From contig CAVTUS010000008.1 of NCBI GenBank assembly GCA_963737965.1, positions 420,208-484,207 on the forward strand: a stretch of DNA of 64,000 nt, in the 5' to 3' direction. Numbering within the stretch: position 1 is the first letter of the stretch; every line of letters begins with the position of its first letter. The translations under genes and the position numbers were made by a program. The notes beneath the pieces are model-generated. The model was not told the origin of the DNA. It worked only from the letters and a program-made list of their open reading frames with translations, and did not search any database. Source of the DNA: an uncultured Chloroflexia bacterium (GTDB lineage Bacteria; Chloroflexota; Dehalococcoidia; Tepidiformales; Tepidiformaceae). Shown here piece after piece: positions 58,511-64,000 of the stretch.

Positions 58511-59410
58511 GTGGGCCGGTGATGGTGCTCCATCACGGCTACACGGGCTCGCATGATGCCTGGACGGAGCTGATTGCGCCGCGCCTGAAGGACCGCTATC
58601 GCTGCATCAGCATGGATGCCCGGGGGGCGGGCGAGAGCGGCCACCCCGAGGGCGGCTACACCATCACCCAGTACGCGCTCGACGTTGTCGGGCTGATGGA
58701 CCACCTGGGGGTGGGCACCTTCACCTACTGCGGCCACAGCATGGGCGGGGTCGTCGGCATGGAGCTGGGGATCAACCATGCGGCCCGGCTGGAGAAGCTG
58801 ATCCTCGTGGCGCCGGCGCCCGCCGATGGGGTCGATGCCCCGGCGGCGATGCACGAGCGCAGCCGCAAGCTCCGTGAGACCGGCGACCGCGACACGATGA
58901 TCCGGGAGCGGACGATCATGGCCGCGCGCGAAGGTGGCGCGGACCGCATCGCACGCTCCGTCGACCGTGCGCTGTCGGTCAGCGAAGGGCACTTCGAGCA
59001 GTCGTGGCACGAGTTGCGCGACACCCGTCGCGGCGATGCGCTCTACCAGATGCAGGTGCCGACGCTGGTGATCGCGGGCGCCGCCGACAGCCTGCTGCCC
59101 CACAACCTCGTCGACTTCCAGCGGCTGCCCGAACGCGACGCTGCACGTCTTCAGCCGCGTCGGCCACGGCGTCCCCAGCGACGTTCCCGAGGAGTTCAGC
59201 GCCGTCGTCGCCGACTTCATGGAGCACGGTGTGGTGAACAACCAGACACAGTTGCAGCGGCTGGAGGACGGAAGGCGGGCGCGCACTGAGCGAAGCGTAG
59301 AGGCCCTCACCCTCGGTCCCTCTCCCGCGGGGAGAGGGAAGGGAGATCTACCCAGCGCAACATGCTCGGAACACCTGACTCCCTCTCCCCATGGGAGAGG
59401 GTTGGGGTGA
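58456..59410 (+). pseudogene. alpha/beta hydrolase, one frameshift near 59130, with a 3' end running into a repeat element
   Basis: MTTAKINGVDIWYEDTGGSGPVMVLHHG...GHSMGG... | ...LHVFSRVGHGVPSDVPEEFSAVVADFMEHG. The ORF then continues through 59304-59410 (GPSPAGRGKG...TPSPHGRGLG*). Confidence 0.8.
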
Positions 59411-59413
59411 GGG
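59304..59413. repeat. 110-bp composite hairpin repeat
   Basis: Outer 9-bp inverted repeat ccctcaccc / gggtgaggg. Two inner 9-bp-stem hairpins, ccctctccc..gggagaggg, at 59318-59338 and 59381-59401. Confidence 0.7.
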
Positions 59414-59475
59414 GCGCCGGGAGCTTGACGATTTTCCAGGGGCATGCGGCCACGGGGGGCCGCGGCTCCGCGGTC

Positions 59476-60720
59476 TTACCCCGCCCCCGCGCCCACTGCG
59501 GGACGCTGGCAGCGGGAGGCGGGCAGGACCTCGATGGCGCAGGTCACGGCCTGGCGGACGGCGGCGCCGATGACCTCGTCGGTCGGGGCGCTGCCCCAGA
59601 GACCGTTGTGGCTGGCCCCGAACTGCCAGTGGATCACTTCGCCCTCGAGGTGGGTGCGGTCGCTGGGGACGGCCTGGCGGATGGCGATGAAGAGGACGCC
59701 TTCGCGGTCGGTGGCGTCGAGGTCGTAGAAGGGGACGATGCCGGCAGCCGTCTCCGCGACGCGGAGGAGATGGCTGTTGCCGTCGCTGAGGTCCTGGGTC
59801 GACTTGCTGTTGAAGCTGCAATCGCCGCCGATGCGAAGAGCCGTGAGGTTCACCTGGGGGACGCCGCGCAGGGGGCTGTCGAAGGTGACGACGGAGGCGA
59901 TGTGTTCGCGCGCCCATCCGGGGTCGCTGCCGGCGAGGTAGGCGGCGCCGAGGCCACCCATGCTATGGGCTACGATCACGACCCGCGCCGGCGCCACCGC
60001 ATCGATCTGGGCACGGAGGCGCTCGGCGAGGCCGCCGGGGTCGTCGATGCCCTCGCAGGTCTCGCCGTTCGCATAGTCGGCGATGGCGCCATCGGCGCCG
60101 TTGCCACCGTTGCACCAGCGGCCTGAGTAGCTCGCGTAGAGGATGTCGGCCGAACTCGTGGTGACCGCCCCGGGACCGTCGAGGAGTCCTGGCAGCCAGT
60201 CGTCGACCCGCGTGGCGAAGCCGGCGCCGCCGGGGCACCGCGAGTCGCTGCCATAGCCCTGGACGACGAGCACCTTGCGGGCGAGGACTGCCTGCGTCGT
60301 GACAGTGCTACTTTCGGCGTGGAGGGAGTCACGGACGCGCATCACGACGCGGTAGTTGCCGGGCGCGGCGTAGACATGGGTCGCCTGCACGATGCTGCCT
60401 TCGAAGAAGACGGCGAAGGGCGGCGATCCGTCGCCAAAGTCGATGCTGCCGGCGATGCCGCTGCTGTCGGGATCCGTGGCGCCGAAGGTCAGGGTGGCGG
60501 GATAGCCGGCCTGGGCGGCCGTATCAACGGCGATCTGGCCCTGGGGCGGGGCGTTAGGCTCGGGGTTGGTCGAAGGCACCGGCGGACGCTCCGGCACGGG
60601 GTAGACACCCCAGTCCGGGGTCGCGAAAGGCGCAGTGCTCGATGCCTGGTCGTCGCCGGAGCAGGCAACAACCAGGAAGCACAGGGCGACGCTTGCAGCC
60701 TGCCACCACGAAATCCGCAC
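59476..60720 (-). CDS. lipoprotein with a PKD-like domain and a lipase-type alpha/beta hydrolase domain
   Basis: Lipobox FLVVAC. IDFGDGSP...THVYAAPGNYRV (PKD-like). VIVAHSMGG nucleophile elbow. Confidence 0.75.
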   Translation of the reverse strand: MRISWWQAASVALCFLVVACSGDDQASSTAPFATPDWGVYPVPERPPVPSTNPEPNAPPQGQIAVDTAAQAGYPATLTFGATDPDSSGIAGSIDFGDGSPPFAVFFEGSIVQATHVYAAPGNYRVVMRVRDSLHAESSTVTTQAVLARKVLVVQGYGSDSRCPGGAGFATRVDDWLPGLLDGPGAVTTSSADILYASYSGRWCNGGNGADGAIADYANGETCEGIDDPGGLAERLRAQIDAVAPARVVIVAHSMGGLGAAYLAGSDPGWAREHIASVVTFDSPLRGVPQVNLTALRIGGDCSFNSKSTQDLSDGNSHLLRVAETAAGIVPFYDLDATDREGVLFIAIRQAVPSDRTHLEGEVIHWQFGASHNGLWGSAPTDEVIGAAVRQAVTCAIEVLPASRCQRPAVGAGAG

Positions 60721-60764
60721 GCATCCACCCTACCGTGCCATTCCCCATGTTCGCAGCAGGGATA

Positions 60765-61161
60765 CCATGGATTGGTGGAAGTCGAGGAACGCACAGCCTT
60801 CGTCAACCGCCCGATGACGGCGGTTTTCAGCACGGTGGACGCCCGCGGCCGGCCCCATGCCGTGCCCGTCTGGTATGCCTACCGCAACGGTGTCTTCGAG
60901 ATTTTCACCGACCGCAACAGCCAGAAGCACAGGAATGTCGTGGCGACGGGCCGCGCCAGTCTCTGTATCGACGAGCGCGATGGCGCCTACCGTCACGTGA
61001 CGGCGGAGGGTCCCTGCAGCGTCCAGGACCCGGTGACGAAGGAGGAGCGGCTGCGGCTCCACCTCCTCTACCGGAGTGCCGAGGCGGCGCGCACGATTGT
61101 CGACCGCGGCGGCCACGAGAAGATGGTGATACTGCGGCTGAAGCCCGAACGCTGGTACTGA
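60765..61161 (+). CDS. PPOX-class (pyridoxamine 5'-phosphate oxidase-like, probably F420-dependent) protein
   Basis: GTG start assumed. RTAFVNRPMTAVFSTVDARGRPHAVPVWYAY...ASLCIDE...RLKPERW. Confidence 0.7.
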
Positions 61162-61194
61162 CGGGCGGCGAGCTTCGAGCGATGAGCGTGAAGG

Positions 61195-62172
61195 GTGGAG
61201 CGTAGAGTCAGCGTTCCAATGGATGGACGGCCCTACTCCCCGGAGCACCTTCGGGCGATGCTCGCGTTCGCTTCTGCGACCGCGGCAGGGCGTCCGGATG
61301 CCGTCTACCTGCTGCCGGGCGATATCGCCTGGCGAGAGCCGTCGGCGACGGACGTGCAGCTCTGGTACGACAACGTGGGCCTGGCGGGCTACGCCTGGTT
61401 CGAGCCGCTGACGGGCGTCGAGTTCGACCTGCGGCCGGACCTTTCGTGGGACGGGCCCGTAGCGAGCGCCATCCTCGACCGGGCGGAGGCGCAGCGGCGG
61501 ACGCTTCCCGAGGCGTATCCCTGGCTGGTCGACCTCCTCAACATGGAAGAGTGGGCGGAAGCCGTCGCGCACCCGAAACAGCCGCAACCAGGTGATGGCC
61601 TCTGGTTGACTGCTATCGCCAGCGAGAAGGACACGGCACGGGTCGAGGCGCTGCGGGCTCGCGGGTTCGAGGCGACGCGGCACTTCCAGCCCGAATACCG
61701 GTTCGACCTGTCGGGCGAGATCCCGGCGCCGGAGCTACCGGATGGCTATCGCGTCCGCCACGTGCGGGAGGGCGAACTCGAAGAGCGCGTGGCGACCCAT
61801 CGCGACGCCTGGGTGGGCAGCAGCTGGACGCTGGAGCGGTACCTGGATCTGCGCAAGAGCCCGGCCTATGACCCGGAACTCGACCTTGTGGTGGAGACGC
61901 CGGAGGGCGGTTTCGCGAGCTGTTGCATCTGCTGGGCCGACCCCGGCTCCGGCATGGGTATGTTCGAACCCGTGGGTACGCGGCCCTCTGCGCGTGGCAA
62001 AGGCGTCACCCGCGCGATGATCCACGAAGGCTTCCGGCGGTTGCGGGCCCGGGGCATCACCGTCGCCCTCGAAGGGACGGCGGGCTTCAATCACCCGGCG
62101 CAGGCGCTCTACGAGGGAGCCGGCTACATCCGCACCGGCTCGAAACGGACGTTCATGAAGCGCTTGGACTAA
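61195..62172 (+). CDS. GNAT-family acetyltransferase (two-domain)
   Basis: C-terminal MFEPVGTRPSARGKGVTRAMIHEGFRRL. The start could instead be the ATG at 61219. Confidence 0.7.
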   Translation: MERRVSVPMDGRPYSPEHLRAMLAFASATAAGRPDAVYLLPGDIAWREPSATDVQLWYDNVGLAGYAWFEPLTGVEFDLRPDLSWDGPVASAILDRAEAQRRTLPEAYPWLVDLLNMEEWAEAVAHPKQPQPGDGLWLTAIASEKDTARVEALRARGFEATRHFQPEYRFDLSGEIPAPELPDGYRVRHVREGELEERVATHRDAWVGSSWTLERYLDLRKSPAYDPELDLVVETPEGGFASCCICWADPGSGMGMFEPVGTRPSARGKGVTRAMIHEGFRRLRARGITVALEGTAGFNHPAQALYEGAGYIRTGSKRTFMKRLD

Positions 62173-62963
62173 GCGACTGTCGCGACAAACGCCCGGACCG
62201 CCGTGTTGAACGCCTCCGGGTGCTCCATGTGGACCCAGTGGCTGCCGGGGATGACGGCGATTTGCACCCCCGGTGCGTGCGAGCGGAGGAGGGCGTGGTA
62301 TTCGGGCGCTTCCGCGTGGTCGATGGCCAGGGCGGGCAGCGTCCCGAGCGCTTGCATGAGCGCTTCTCCGCGTTCCCGCAGCTCGGCCTCGTTGTATTCG
62401 AAGAGGGCAGCCCAGAGCGCCATGCCAACCTCGGCGGGGGTATCTCGTCCTACGTTCAGCGCCTCTTCGACCACGGCGGCCGGGGTGCCCTCGGGCATCA
62501 ACATGCGGTTGAGCTGCTCGCGAAAGGCAGGGTGTGTCTCGGGATTTCGGATAGCTGCCTCCATCTGTCGCATGTTCGTGCCGAACGCCTCGATGTTGAG
62601 GGGCTGGTCTTCGACGACTACGGCGCGGGCGAAGCCGGGAAAGCGCCGGACCACCTCCGCCGCAAGGTAGCCACCGTAGGAATGGCCGATGAGCACCGGA
62701 CGCTCGACGCCGGCGGCGGCACAGAGGGCGACCACGTCATTGCTGAGAGCCTCCGGGAAGAAAGCGTGGTCGACCGGCATGCCGGAGCCACCGTGCCCCC
62801 GCATCTCCGGGGCAAGGCAACGATGGGCGCCGCTGAAGGCCGGCAACGTCCGCTCCCAGACGGCAGCGCTATCGCACCAGCCGTGGAGGAAGACGATTGG
62901 CGGATCGCCTGCCCCCTCGTCGCGGTAGTTGAGGAGGCAGGTGGCCGTCTGGAATGTGGGCAT
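62169..62963 (-). CDS. alpha/beta hydrolase
   Basis: ATG at 62963. PPIVFLHGW...GHSYGG...GSHWVHMEHP. Confidence 0.85.
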   Translation of the reverse strand: MPTFQTATCLLNYRDEGAGDPPIVFLHGWCDSAAVWERTLPAFSGAHRCLAPEMRGHGGSGMPVDHAFFPEALSNDVVALCAAAGVERPVLIGHSYGGYLAAEVVRRFPGFARAVVVEDQPLNIEAFGTNMRQMEAAIRNPETHPAFREQLNRMLMPEGTPAAVVEEALNVGRDTPAEVGMALWAALFEYNEAELRERGEALMQALGTLPALAIDHAEAPEYHALLRSHAPGVQIAVIPGSHWVHMEHPEAFNTAVRAFVATVA

Positions 62964-63238
62964 GGGGTGATCCTCAGGAGGTGGTGGGGGCAGGGTACTC
63001 CGGAGAGCGCGGTATCGGGGTTCGGTGTGCAACTTGGGGCCGCGGCGCCCCGTGGCCGCAAGCTCGGTACACGTCGCCATGACTTTTCGCACAATCCAGC
63101 CATGGGACGGCACGGTCGCCCAGGCGTTGCAGCGGTTCGAAAGTTGGCTGCCACCCCTGGTAATGGTGGGCCCGGAGGGCCGAGACCTCGGGAGCGTGGC
63201 ATGCGGCCACAGGGGGCCGCGGCACCACTGATTCGTCC

Positions 63239-64000
<762 letters not shown>

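Overview
High-GC bacterial chromosomal segment, about two-thirds G+C by eye. The lineage cannot be fixed from sequence alone. F420-type enzymes, lipoproteins of the 'ACGGGDDD' type and many leaderless-looking starts suggest Chloroflexota or Actinomycetota. I call about 65 protein-coding loci and see no rRNA, tRNA or CRISPR array.

The backbone is housekeeping and metabolism:
- Housekeeping: lysA, bdhA-like, nudC, recQ, mutM, pyrG and the gyrB 3' end.
- Metabolism: SDR, ACAD, ECH and GMC enzymes, MFS and YeeE transporters.
- Regulation: a TetR-cupin pair, a NarL-type response regulator and an ECF sigma/anti-sigma pair.

Notable content:
1. A 1.07-kb purine-skewed, lower-GC, ORF-poor block at 4216-5287. 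It sits where a divergent promoter region should be, and both flanking genes lose their start codons at its edges.
2. About 18 genes carry one to six or more frameshifts, and two also carry in-frame stops. They are interleaved with 6-8 kb runs of intact genes. This is either real gene decay or regional indel errors.
3. A complete Anbu-type operon at 50497-54582: circularly permuted ATP-grasp, alpha-E, transglutaminase and a proteasome-like peptidase.
4. An accessory patch at 54602-58354: an MNT/HepT toxin-antitoxin pair with a broken toxin, an SRAP peptidase, an unassignable lower-GC 288-aa gene and a RAYT-like HUH transposase.
5. Two cases where the terminal ~70-90 bp of a gene (mutM 3' end, hydrolase 5' end) is duplicated on the far side of a small insert.
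6. A lower-GC islet at 24866-27952 with a tandem SOD-like, ligand-less surface protein and a decayed alpha-lytic-type protease.
7. An orphan but intact phage terminase large-subunit gene.
8. A MITE-like repeat family and nested hairpin repeats, one of which supplies the C-terminus and stop codon of a gene.

All product calls rest on my reading of motifs in the supplied translations. No database search was run.
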